Origin: Geosiphon pyriformis uo1
Taxonomy: Eukaryota; Fungi; Glomeromycota
NCBI GenBank assembly: GCA_016748015.1
Contig: JAAOMT010000518.1
Span: 186,001 to 250,000, forward strand
Direction: 5' to 3'
Length of the DNA stretch: 64,000 bases
The position numbers and the translations under genes were made by a program. Shown piece after piece: positions 37,201 through 50,843 of the stretch; positions within the stretch are counted from its first letter, which is position 1, and every line of letters begins with the position of its first letter. The notes under the pieces were generated by a model that did not search any database, was not told the DNA's origin, and was given only the letters and a program-made list of their open reading frames with translations.

Positions 37201-37545
37201 CTTTCGCTTTTCCCTTACGCTTTTCCTCTGTTCTAACGCTATCGTCAATGGGGAGCAGCTCTCCTTCCCCGTATGCGACAAATAAAGACCGTGTTAATGG
37301 TAAGAATTAATGTCTTATAAGAGTTCATGCTCTTCAGAGGTTGCATTGTTGAAGAGAATCAGAATGAAGGAAAAAGATGTATTAGAAAAGTCAATCACTG
37401 TGGATGACCAGAATTTCTGGCACCATTCCGCGGCTTGTTCGTTCGAAAAGGAGTTGCTTTTTGTTGCTCGAAATCCTTCTTTTACTGCGCACTAGAGACA
37501 CGGATATAATCTTATTATCAGAGGTGGTGGGAATGGTATCAGCAT
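37200..37545 (-). pseudogene. IS607-family TnpA serine recombinase remnant
   Basis: YIRVSSAQ*KKDFEQQ (37508-37461; catalytic YxRVS motif), LFERTSRGMVPEILVIHSD*L, EHELL*D and INTVFICRIRGRRAA (about 37298-37254), in collinear order with frameshifts and deletions. Confidence 0.8.
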
Positions 37546-37992
37546 TTTGAAACGTTTAGCTCAGGTGAGAAGGTATTTATTTTCGCGATTTTGAACCTGA
37601 TAAGCATTACTAAGCGACTAATTATTGATAGGCATTTATAAGCAAATTTTTTTGCTGTTTACTTTTACCTGGAATGAGTTACTTACAAGAGCAAGTCAAT
37701 CATCACTAAATCACATCACAAGCACATCAATTCTCAAAAACGTTGAATGGTTCAGCGCAGAAGCAAAATTCAACTACCACTAAAACGGTGTACGAAATTA
37801 GCACCCTAAAAAAGCACCTCAAAAAGGTGGGTTTCCCTTCAATAAGTTCCCTCTCAAACTGGTCGTCACTCTGCTCCGCACGCGCTCTAATAACTTACAC
37901 AAAGACTCGAAAATTTTCTCCACATTGGTCTCATCTCTTCTATATACTTTTACCGACACACAGACTCTTTATAAAACCTTACTTTTAATATA

Positions 37993-39330
<1,338 letters not shown>

Positions 39331-40495
39331 CCTGGTGAATAAATTAAAAGGACCAAGGCCGCTAAAGATAGCCAAAATGCACAAGAGTTTATTGCGGGTT
39401 AGCTTCACCTATTTATCCTTTTATGCATTAGTGGCTCTATATGTTTCTATAGCATTATCTGAATCTTGAGCCATGATTTTTACTTCACTTCTTCCTTTGT
39501 ACCTTTCAAATCGATTTCTCTATACCTGTTTGCCGTTCCTGCACTTTTTCTTTGGCTATCTTTTGTGTTTGCATGGCGGGGCAATTGTGTTTGTGAGCGG
39601 GGGATAAACTGGATGATTGCCGATACTCTTTGTTGTTTGTTGCTCAATGTGTTCTATCATCATTTCTATATAAATTCCTTTTTTATTTTCAATCAATAAA
39701 CTTCCTTGTATCTATGCTAATGGCCCGTTTCTTGAATTTATTGTGACAAAGTCTTGGAAGTCCAATTTACCCGCATTTTACGATTTGGTTGAAGAATCGT
39801 TCCAATGGGTCTATTGGCTACTAGTTTCTGTTTTGGTAAGTAAAATCCTATTCGTCGATTTCATCTAGAAAGGTGATATAACCCTAGGGCTTTGTAAGAT
39901 TGTTTTTTGAGAGTATCCTTGTGGATTCATGTTTGCGAATCTCATCTTTAAGAGATTATTTGTCCTACGTATTCGAAATGGTTGAAGTGCCCGATCTTGG
40001 AAACATGAGATATTATTGAACAGTTTTTTTTGTTTGGTTGTATGACGATTGAATATGTTTAATGTATGGGAATATAGCAAGATTCGAAAGGGAATAAAAA
40101 AAAAGAATATTCTTGATCATCTGATCAAAAGATTACTGGGAGATTATTCTCTTTGTTAATTCCATATATTTTCTTTAGACGGTACTGGCCGAACGGGTAA
40201 AACCTTTCTTGTTTTGGTTGCCAAATTAATTTCTTTAAATACTTTGTCAAATACCGAGCATATTTCCCTTTTTAGACTTTTCAAGAATACCCTAAAAATG
40301 GTACACTGTTTCTTAATGTAATCAAGACTTTAGACTTTAAATAGAACAGACTCGATTTATTAGTCAAATTCAACATTCAATTGGTAATTGGTATGAGGGT
40401 TCAATGGATGAGTTCATCAATGAAGCCGAGATCTTACATAAGAAAAAATTTAAAAAAGTTCACAAGCTGGCTTTTAATATTATCACTACTTCCAA

Positions 40496-42112
40496 ATGAG
40501 AGCTAATAAGAGCAGACACCTTTGGAAAGCAATCAAACCTGCTAAAAAGCGCTGCCAAAAATATACTTCACTTAATAAGGTTCAGAAACGTCAAGACTAC
40601 AATAATCGTCATTTCGTTTCTGATAAGGCTTTCTTTGAGGTCTCTAAAACTAAAATTTCTGAAAACGGGAAGTTTAAGGAAGATATAATACAACCACATA
40701 TTGTCGAGGAACAGAAACCAAAAAATAAAAATGAGTTTAATGGGGTTGCAAGACCAATTGTAATTCAACAGCCGAAGCGGACAAGGCAAATTTATCCTAT
40801 GGGCCTCAAGGCTGGTAAATCGCTAAATGACGTTTCTCAAAAGAATGGCGAAAAAACTATCGATTATGATAACTCAATTGAAAAACCGAAGCTTAAAAAA
40901 AATCCTGCTTATGCCAGAGATCCTAGTCTAAATAATGACACGGATTCCGATGTATTGCCCGAATGTAAACATGGTTTCAAACAAAGACAGCCTGCAACTG
41001 AACACCCAAAATCTAATAACCAAAGTAATTCCTCGGCAAATTCTACTCAATTTAAACAAGGCACTTGTAAGAATCCACAGAGAACGTGTTTTAAATCTGC
41101 AGATCCCGGTGATTCAAATCAAGATGACTTTGTTGAAAAATCAAACGTAAAATTTGAAGAACGGCCACAAGTCGTGAAACACCCAAAACCCAAGAAAACT
41201 CCTCTTGTTGTAGATAATATATCTAGCTTAAAAAAACTCGGCGCTGATTCAATTCAAGAGATCATACTTGGAAACAAGGAACAGCAATTTGCTGCTCAAA
41301 AGCTTGTGAAGAAGAGGGAAGCCTTTTCGGAGACAGATCCTCATCCTTCGAAAGAAGATAGCTTCAATAAAAAGGGAAGCCCAAAACGTATCAAGGTTGA
41401 TGGCACTAGAAGTGCTCAATCATTGACCAATCCTGGTCCTTCAAAATCGGACAAGATTAAGATCCCTAATGGAGACAAAGTTAATGAGCAAGTAAGGCCT
41501 ATTGATAGTAATAATAGTGATACAGTCAACAAAGAAGTTGCACCGAAACCCTCAGTACCACTACCACCACCACCACCACCACGATATATCCTTTTCGTAT
41601 GTGAGTAATGAATTTTGATTCAATTCGATATCCGAAAGACTCGAGGACTTGCTGTCCATTTCGAAGAAGCAAGATTCGACTAAAAATCTTGGCCACGATT
41701 TAAAATTCATCATGTTCAACAGCGAATCTTCCATACTCTACCAAAAAACCAGAACTGGCACTGCATTTTGATGCCGCCGCAGTTCCAAAATCCATTCGTA
41801 TCGTCACCGATAAAGTCACCAAAAAACCGAAAGGCTACGCGTTTATCGAATTTGAAAATGAAATTGCGATGAAACGTTCCCTTCGTTATCATAAGACTAT
41901 ATTTAAGCGTAAAATGGTATTTGGAGCTACTTGTATATACAATGATAAGATATCATCATTTTTCTATTAAAATCTAATTCTTTGTTTCTTTAATTTAGAT
42001 ACATGTTTTAGAGGTTGATTTGACCTCAGGTGATGGTGGAAATATTAAAACTAACCAGCAAAAAATCCAGGTTAAAAAGAAGTTAAATGAAGAGCGAGAA
42101 CCTGTGTCCTAG
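40496..42112 (+). CDS. Lys-rich low-complexity protein with C-terminal Nop6-like RRM; possibly degenerate
   Basis: ORF ends in RYILFV (RNP2). Downstream exons read KSIRIVTDKVTKKPKGYAFIEFENE (RNP1) and VDLTSGDGGN...KKKLNEER (Nop6-like). The splice after RNP2 is unclear and there is an upstream frameshifted coding-like segment. Confidence 0.55.
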
Positions 42113-42776
42113 TATTCCCAGCAAAGCGTTTTTCACTAAAGCCTAAAGATTTACAATTATTTTTTTCATGATTGATTCAGCAAAAAAGTTACGACTTAAT
42201 TTCAGTTTTGCCCCAGGTTTTCAACCGATCAACGAGGCACTCCATTTAATGTTTGGCTGAGAAAATAGAAGATGAATTACGAAAGAAAGTCGAGTAAAAT
42301 GAGTCAGAATTTCAAACATCATTGGACCCATTAAATTCAGTCCTCACTTATCGGAAATTTAAATGGCCTTTTATGACCAAGACTAATAAATTAGATTAAA
42401 TAGGTATGAAGAAATATCACTATTGGAGTGTTATTTTATTAATATATTTCATCTAAGCTCTAAGGCAAGTATCATACTGAAATACCTCGAAAACTTCATG
42501 GGAAATCATTAGCGATTTTTATTCAGGACTTGGGGCATAGATAATTGCAATCGAAATATCGCCAACAAGAGTTTTAAAAAACGAACTTTTATCATAACAT
42601 TATTTTACAATTTTTTACATTTCTCTATAGTCAAAAATCTTTGTTTATACCCAAATTCCTAAGATTAAATAAATATAGAGAATCTTTTGTCACATTCGTC
42701 TTCATCTTATTGGTATCCCACTGTATGATATTTTCTTACACAAAGGGACGTCACTTTACCCTGACGATGCATTTTG

Positions 42777-45100
42777 TTAGACTTCAAGTGATTTGAAGTA
42801 AGACTCCCAAAGAACAATGATCTAAAAAAAAGCTGATGTTAGATCCCTGTAAAAGACAAGACAAATTTTATTCTTACCTGTTTTTGGGTTTCCACCATTG
42901 ACTCTAGAAAAGCTTCCAAAGAATTTTTAAAGTCTTCGACTTTCTCTTTGTCAAACCTGTCAATTTCGGCTTTAATCAACTTGGTGACCCGCTCAAATTC
43001 GTGTCGACAATCTTCCACCTTCCGCTCAGACTTTTTGCATTAAATATTTGATTGCTCAAATCATTACGTATTAAGCAGAATGGTAGAAATACAAAGGATT
43101 GACACATACTTCGACAATATCGGCTAGCATCAGCGTCAGTTTATCTTGTCTGAGTCGACCTTGGGTTTTGATCCTCTCATAATTTGCCTTCTTTTTATGT
43201 AATTCATAGATTACATTCTGCCATGTGTTATAACACTTTGCGCGTGAATTAAATGTGACCTGCAATAAAAATGATAGCAAAAATAGAATAATTATTTCAA
43301 TATAATTACTGAGATTATTCAACCAGATTTCTGATACTGACTTTAATGGAACCGATTAGCCTTATATATTCTTCAACTGTATTTTCTAGAGTGATAACAT
43401 CTCTTTGAGCCTACGAAATTATTGACTCAATTTATTAAGTGAAATATACCATGGGTGGTCCAAATATAAAGAAGTACCTGCAATTCGTGAAGGTCTTTGA
43501 TCTTGTGCTGAAGATCTCCCAGGAGGGTTAAATTACTGGCAACTAATTTATTTTTTTCATACTCTGCACAAGCTAGTGTTAGCATACTCTCGCCGAATTC
43601 TTTCGTAGCTCCCCCAAGATCTATAATTGAGATTGGGGAAAAAGTTTAGACCAGTACTTTGAGAAATCAGGGAAATAGAAGCTTGATACCTTTACGCTGC
43701 TTAACAATCGCCTCGACCGACTTTACCAATGCCTTTAACTGTGATTCCAGGATATCTAATTGGTTTCTACGAGTCTCAAACCACTATTAAACAATAGGAC
43801 TTTTTTTGTATTAGATTATCTTGAAATGTAATTCAGATATGCTGGGAAATCGAAAAAAAGCTCAAGGACACCTCGTCAGTCTCAGTAAACTTATTGAATG
43901 CGGTGGCGCTTGACATAGCATCACTAAGAGATCGCAAAACTCCTTTTGATTCGTTCCTCTTTACCTATGATTCAAATGGATAGAAATCAACATTTAAGTT
44001 ATCCATCACCTTTAATATCAACTTTTACATACATCTGTTGTAAAAGTGTCCGATTCTAAAAATAACCGTAAATCGGAATCACACTGAAGTTCGGGATGAG
44101 AAGTGATTTTTCTCAAACATTTTTCGAGTGCTTTGCGCCGATTTTCAACAAACTCTGTCTGAAAACGAGCTGCAGCGAGCACTGAGAAAAAAAGGAGCAA
44201 AGTTTTTAGGCAAGGAATTTAAATTAAAAGAGACACATTAAATTTTACCGTATATGTGCTTTTCAGGGACAGGTGGCACAATTACGCCAGGCTTATTATA
44301 TGTCAATTGGTTGTAGAGCCACAAAAAATCGCGATAACGTCTCCTAACCGTAAAATCATCACTTTTGAAATCAGGGGACGTTGTCTGTAAAAAAGTAATG
44401 AAAAGTATCAAATTGTTCTAAAGACTTTTGAGAGTTTATTTATATCGAGACACCTACTCTTGTACGGACATTATATAATATGTAACCCGTGAAGGTATCT
44501 CCAATTTGTTGAGGATCTTCAACAGAAATGTCAAATGTTGGTGGGGATTCTCGGTCATGACAACGAGATCCCAGTTTCTGTATTCAAAGATTGGTCATTA
44601 GAGCAGTTTTCCTATTAAGCCCATGGAAAAGAACGAGTGTTAACCTGAGGCGAAGAGAAACCATTATGAGCCCGGTGTGCCGCTAAGTTTGAATGTTTAT
44701 CATCGAAGCTCTCAACTTCACTTTCTGAAGACCTGCTATCATAAGGAAGGGAAATTTCCAAGCCATTTACAGAGGAAACATCAACTTCCTCAAAACTTCT
44801 CCCTTCCTCCATGCGAGACACTTCCTCATTTTCCCTCATTTTGACCTGAATCGGCGGAACGTTCAAGTATAATTCGAGTGGATTTGGTACGCTGGTTGTC
44901 GGAAGAGGACTTGGAAAGTTTTTTTGGAAAATTTGAGAATTTTCTACATAATTGGTAGCAGAACTGGAGGTTTTTAATGGTGAAACGGCATCATGAAATG
45001 GGTTTGACAAGTCCACATCATTCAAAGTGTCAGAAATGGTATTTTTTGGAGGCTGGTCAAGTAAATCGTCAAAATTGTTTTCAAAAGTTGGGTTGGTCAT
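42777..45100 (-). CDS. VPS5: Retromer sorting nexin (PX-BAR), multi-exon
   Basis: PX: FTVRRRYRDFLWLYNQLT..KPGVIVPPVPEK, FVENRRKALEKCLRKITSHP. BAR: LIKAEIDRFDKEKVEDFKNSLEAFLESMVETQK..IVLWESY. Confidence 0.88.
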
Positions 45101-45312
45101 ATTCAGAAAGGTTGTGTACGTTAACTAAAAAGTTCATCAATGAACTTATTTATTTTCTGACACATTCAACCTTCTGTGAACCCAAGTTTTAAAAAATAAC
45201 AATAGCATTAATTTTTTTTTAATGTCAAATTCAGAAATTTTTACTTTTTAAGCCACTTTTTTTTGCATCACTTAATTAGGATTTTATCAAAAAATCTTTT
45301 GGTAGCCATTTT

Positions 45313-45314
<2 letters not shown>

Positions 45315-45371
<57 letters not shown>

Positions 45372-45402
45372 GTCATTATTATTATTATTATTATTGTCAT
45401 TA
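45315..45402. repeat. (ATT)n microsatellite
   Basis: Trinucleotide run with two GTC interruptions. Confidence 0.95.
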
Positions 45403-45725
45403 TCGTTTTCGGCTATCATCAATTATACATATATTTATTGTCTAAGATTTATCAATTTATACAATTTCGAAGATTTACAATAATTTTTGTCAATTTGAAA
45501 AATATATTTTATTAAACATTTTCGAATTTGTTAAACATCTTTAAAATTAAATGGCAAATATCTTATATTGCAATGAATTTTTGCGTTTCACCATGAATTT
45601 TCTTTCTTAAAAGCAAACGTGAATTAAAATCACCTATCCCGATAGATTCTGTATTCACTTTAGGTTAAGAAACAAGAAAATATCTCATCTCAACAGGCTT
45701 TCTGTTCACAGGGTTAAGTTTTCAT

Positions 45726-46932
45726 TTAATCCTCTTCCATTTCTTCTTCATCAGCTTCCCTGTCACCACCAGATCCAAGGTTTTGTGAAGACCCAGGAAT
45801 GTGCCCAGCTTGCAATAATTTTTCCAGCCGATTAACTTCTTCCAACGTTCGAGCATTTTTGATGGCATCCTATTCAAAAAAAAAAATTTATTAAACTAGG
45901 AAAATAATATATCTAATTTTTGTATGACCGACCTGAATCTTTGCCTGTTCCTCGGCGGTCATTCCAAGCGTAGGTAGATTTGATTTTGGCGGAGCAACAC
46001 CACTACCTGAGGCTATTAACCCTTCCCCTGGTTCAAATGTTTTGGATACCGTTTCGGAAATAGATTTAGCTAAAGATGTAAGTTCGCCTTCAGGTGTTTG
46101 AAAGAGCTTTTTGGCTTCGTCGCGTTCCTAATTTAGGGAGATAATGATGTTTTACTAACTAATGATTAATTTGATTTTTTGAGCGCGGCACATACCACTT
46201 TTCGGATCCTTTTAAAATCCAAAACTCTCACGCTTGGAATCTTCCAGATTACCCAACTCCGATACCATTTCTTTCGCGTAACTGGATTATCAAGAAGACT
46301 AACATACTGCAATCTGTGAGCATTTTCTAATGGACAAAGATCAGCTAGCTCCGTTATATTATTATTGGTGAGAACCAGAGTTGTTAAATTTGGAAGGTAA
46401 TTAGCGATTTGTGGGTCAATTCGTATGATACGATTGTTGGCAAGCAGAAGACACTTTATACGATTAAGCAGAGGAAAATTTCCCAATACGCGGATGTCGT
46501 TATCTGTTAAATCAAGTGTATCATTTTGATCCTGGCGAAATTTTGTTTTGGTTAGGAGGAAATGGACTAAAAGTATAAAGAATACAAAGAAAAAATAATT
46601 GAGGTCTTGGGATATAAGGGATTGGGGTCTCACCTTTGTAACGCCGAGATTTTCGATTGCTGGTATCTTGTTACCTATTAAAGAAACGAACAAAATGCAA
46701 TTCGAGTCAGGGAAAAATACGTGAAGCTGAAAAGATGTTTAACTGCGAAAGTAGGGGAAAAATGTTTAGGCGTGTAAACTACCGGGTTCCGGAAGAAATC
46801 ACCAGGAAGTAAGTGACATCGCTCTTCTAGCCAAGTTTCTCTGTAAAGGATACCTCGCAAATCGAGCTCCCTGTCTTTGACAGCATTAATATAGCTTGCG
46901 GAACGTTCAACTAACTCTGGGGTGAGTTTCAT
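45726..46932 (-). CDS. U2 snRNP A' (Lea1/SNRPA1), LRR protein, multi-exon
   Basis: MKLTPELVERSASYINAVKDRELDLRG|NKIPAIENLGVTK|DQNDTLDLTDNDIRVLGNFP..LLANNRI..LSLLDNPV..YR.WVIWKIPSVRVLDFKRI; C-terminal AIKNARTLEEVNRLEKLLQAG. Confidence 0.93.
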
Positions 46933-47150
46933 TCTTACGAAAGTGAGAGTAGAACACGTTAATTTAAGGTGAAATAGATCAAAGACTTTTCTGGAAAGAG
47001 GTAAAGATTGTTTATTTCTCCGGTATTTGAAGATCTCTTTTCCAGACAATGCAATTTTGCATCTATTTATGAAAAACGTTTTTCATGTCAAAATTCCGTA
47101 GCTTATCATGCTATTAATTCTAATGATAGTTTTCAATTTTTATAATAATA

Positions 47151-49303
47151 CGACAGGATGAAATCTGAGATAACAAATAGTAAAACCTGCGATGATCAGC
47201 CATCTAATGTAAAACCTGCGATAGATTGGGTAAAACCTGCAATAGGGTAAAAACCTGTAAACCCCGTGATTGTATCAAGTGAAATCTGCCATAAATAAGA
47301 GCAACGGCACCTTTTGAGGGCAGACCCAATTGAAGGTACTGTAAAGTCGACCAAACTAAGTGGCATAACTTTGAATGGAAAATTCAAACAAGTAATAATG
47401 TTATTATTGAAACAGGTAAGCTTAAAAATAGAGGTCCTTCTTTATTACATATAGCAAACAGTTTTTAAGAACAACGGCACCTTTTGAGAGCAGACCCAAT
47501 TGAAAGTACTGTAAAGTTGACCAAACTAAGTGACACAACTTTGAATGGAAAATTCTTTACAAATAACGATCAGTTTTTATTACAAAAAACTTAAATCTTT
47601 TCATAGATGACAAAATTCATTGTATAACCACTTTTGGGAGGAGGACGCGAACTTCCAATTGCTATTGCCCTTGCTTTGTAGGTTTTTTGCAACTCATCGT
47701 ATTGATACCAGCCAGAATTTTTAACATTTTCGAAACGAACATCGGCAATATGATGGATGCCGTTACAAAAAGAAACTCCTATGAGGCGATATTAAAAATT
47801 AATAAATAAATACATTAAGTGATAAACTTAATTCAAATTTACCTTTGTTTTATAATTTGATTTCCTTTAGGAAAATTGATTTCTTCTGGTAAATCTTTGT
47901 TTTGAAGAGACGTCTTTTCATTAATAGTGCTAATTCCCGTAACATTGATGACAAGGATTAGAGGCAGTCGCTGGTCGATTTGTCTTTTTGATACGGTATC
48001 ACCTGTGCATCGGTAAAAATACCTAAGAAAAGGTTAGAATGCAAAGCGAAAATAGAGGAAAAAATATGGACACTTTACTCAGTGTTCAAGGCAAGACTTG
48101 AAATAATTGTTTCCTGATAATACCAGAACCTGCAGTTTTTTACAAATTAAATTATGTGCATTAATATAAAACAATAGGATAACCAATAGTAAAATCTGCA
48201 ATGATCAGCCACATAATGTAAAACCTCCAAGGGTCATAGATTGGATAAAACCTGCAATAGGGTAAAACTCTGTGATTGTATCAGGTGAAATCTATAATAA
48301 ATCGCATCTTATTGGCTATATTATATAAAAAACAGTCTATCGTCATGTTCGTTCAATATATTTATATTAATGCAAATAATTTAATTTGTAGAAAACCACA
48401 GGTTCTGGTATTATCAGAAAATAATTATTTTGAACCCTGGCAAAATTCTTATGTTATTGTCTGTGGATTAGAATTCAAATCGACAGATGGAGAGGCTCCA
48501 AAAATCATTCCCACAAATGTTTGCATGACTGAAAAATGTGTATCATTGGAGACTGGTAAAGTGTCTATTTTTTCCTCTATTTTTGCTTTGCATTCTAACC
48601 TTTTCTTAGGTATTTTTACTGATGCACAGGTGATACCGTATCAAAAAGACAAATCGACCAGCGACTGCCTTTAATCCTTGCCATCAATGTTATGGGAATC
48701 AGCACTATTAATGAATAGACGTCTTTTCAGAACAAAGATTTACCAGAAGAAATCAATTTTCCTAAAGGAAATCAAATTATAAAACAAAGGTAAATTTGAA
48801 TTAAGTTTATCACTTAATGTATTTATTTATTAATTTTTAATATCGCCTCATAGGAGTTTCTTTTTGTAAGGGCATCCATCATATTGATGATGTTTGTTTT
48901 GAAAATATTAAGAATTCTGGCTGGTATCAATACGATGAGTTGCAAAAAATCTACAAAGCAAGGGCAATAGCAATTGGAAGTTCATGTTCTCCTCCCAAAA
49001 GTGGTTATACAATGAATTTTGTCATCTATGAAAAGATTTGAGTTTTTTGTAATAAAAACTGATCGTTATATGTAATAAAGAAGGACCTCTATTTTTAAAC
49101 TTACCTGTTTCAGTAATAACAGTATTACTTGTTTGAATTTTCCATTCAAAGTCGTGCCACTTAGTTTGGTCGACTTTATCGTTGCTCTTAAAAAATGTCT
49201 ATTTTATCGCAGATTTCACCTGATACAATCACGGGTTTTAAGGTTTTTACCCTATCGCAGATTTTACATTACGTGACTGATCATCGCAGATTTTACCCTA
49301 TCG
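47151..49303. mobile_element. TA-flanked TIR element forming a 2.15-kb imperfect palindrome, with a third internal TIR copy and duplicated gene-fragment cargo
   Basis: TA|CGACAGG (47151) and CCTATCG|TA (49303). TIRs of about 110-140 bp made of AAAA(C/T)CTGCGAT repeats; a further TIR copy at about 48175-48300; about 47560-48165 is the reverse complement of about 48360-49070. Confidence 0.85.
48400..49041 (+). pseudogene. Intron-containing fragment encoding a USP/C19-like cysteine protease C-terminus (inverted copy at about 47590-48135)
   Basis: Left-arm translation: RLPLILVINV...LPEEINFP..|GVSFCNGIHHIADVRFENVKNSGWYQYDEL...MNFVIYEKI*, resembling a His-box plus W..YD motif. GT-AG introns present in both arms. 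Confidence 0.55.
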
Positions 49304-49938
49304 TATAATAATAATATAAAATTAAAATATTATATTTTACATAAAGTATGCGTAAATTGTAATTTTTTAATTGATAAAATATTATATTAAATTTTGTAAT
49401 ATATAAAGAATCATTGAAATAAAAAAAATGCAAAATATTTAAACAATAAAAAGAAGTATCACTGAAAACATAAAAACTAGCAAGGATTGAAGCATGCCAT
49501 AGAAGATGGATAACGCGTTCTTTTTCGTAGTCATTATGATTTCTAATATAATTTCAACATTTAAAAACTATATTTTTCTAAATCGATACGGCTATTATAT
49601 GCTGTAAAAGAATAACACGAGGTCTTTTGATCAATACTTTTTAAGGAAAGTTTTATATCTGGTACATATCATTGAACAGCCGTTAAAATGGCATATTAGA
49701 CAAAACTCATGCTAATTATTACAATTAAGAAATTAAAAAAAAAGTACAAGAGTTTTACAAGAACCTAAATAGCTATACAATTTTAAAAGTAAAAAAAATA
49801 AATCTATCCAGATAAATTTTACAACCAATGATCCGAAAAATAGTATTAAAATACACTTGCTTGACAATCCTCGTTCAGCGCCAAGAAATGCAGTCATGCT
49901 ACGGATTGAACTAGCGACAATCTGATTGGTTTCGAAAC

Positions 49939-50843
49939 TCATCCCCCAGAACAAGATTCTTTTAAAAATAATCCCGCCCCAATGCTTGCCGCTAACATGG
50001 AAAATCCTAAAAAATAAATGCCAGGACCAAAACTTCCAGCAAACTCTGGGTGGTTATTCTCGAGGGCTCGTAATCCTCTAGTATAGAGATCTAAAGCAAG
50101 ACCAAGGGATAAAAGATTTGAAGTGACGGCAAGTGATAATAAGAATCCTCTGGTGTAATACTTGTCATTGTAGAGTCGAGGAAAGAAATGGAATATGTTG
50201 AGTACAATAGAAATTAATAAGAGGACTAAAATAAGGTATGATATAAATGGTATGCCTGTAATGTGTAAAAGTGTTATAATTTGTGTGATGATAATTAATA
50301 TATATATATATATATATATATTAATTATATATTTGAGAAAAAAATCTACCAAACTTTTTTTTACATTTACACTTTGAATACCTGTACTATGGGTTCCATT
50401 TTTCGAACTCTGTGTGAGATTGGTTACAACATTTGGAAAATATATGTTTAATATTTCTAGGGGATCTATTTTGAAATACAGAGACAATTCAATTATGAGT
50501 TTTTTTGAAAAATCAAACGGCGTTTTTTATTGAAGAAAAAATAAATTAAACACCCACATTTACTAAAAGGCGAAACAGTTAATCCATTCGGTTTTTTAAC
50601 ACATCCAAGGAAGTAGTGTTTATCCCTCCCATAACAATAACCATAAAACCCAAAACGAACCCAAGTTGGCTCATTCTCGAGGACTTTTTGTAATGAGGTT
50701 GAATTGGTCAACCGTAGCTCGACATGATGTACTCCGCGAAGCGAGTAAGTACCTGAACCAGCTATGACAAACAGTGTAAGAAAAAATGCGAGTAAGGAGA
50801 ATAGTAACCCGATAAAATCGATAGGTTGAACAATAAAACGCAT
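49939..50843 (-). CDS. SUR7/PalI-family tetraspan membrane protein
   Basis: N-terminal TM helix, extracellular loop with RFGFYGYC...C motif, three further hydrophobic helices and G.G...L near the C-terminus; introns near 50490-50560 and 50262-50382. Confidence 0.7.

Larger units (their letters stand above)
35771..37650 (-). mobile_element. Degenerate IS607-type element: serine-recombinase TnpA, Fanzor2/TnpB and candidate omega-RNA, with internal inversion 35864-36459
   Basis: See the TnpA, Fanzor and RNA component features. About 10-bp direct repeats at the left end (37598-37645). Element ends approximate. Confidence 0.85.

Noticed and set aside
45263-45445. Poly-Tyr ORF (and poly-Ile ORF 20079..20456)
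   Set aside because: Translations of ATT/AAT microsatellites in non-coding or wrong frames.
47160-47300. CRISPR-like array of AAAACCTGCGAT repeats
   Set aside because: Repeats are short, irregularly spaced and form a transposon TIR; eukaryotic context with no cas genes.
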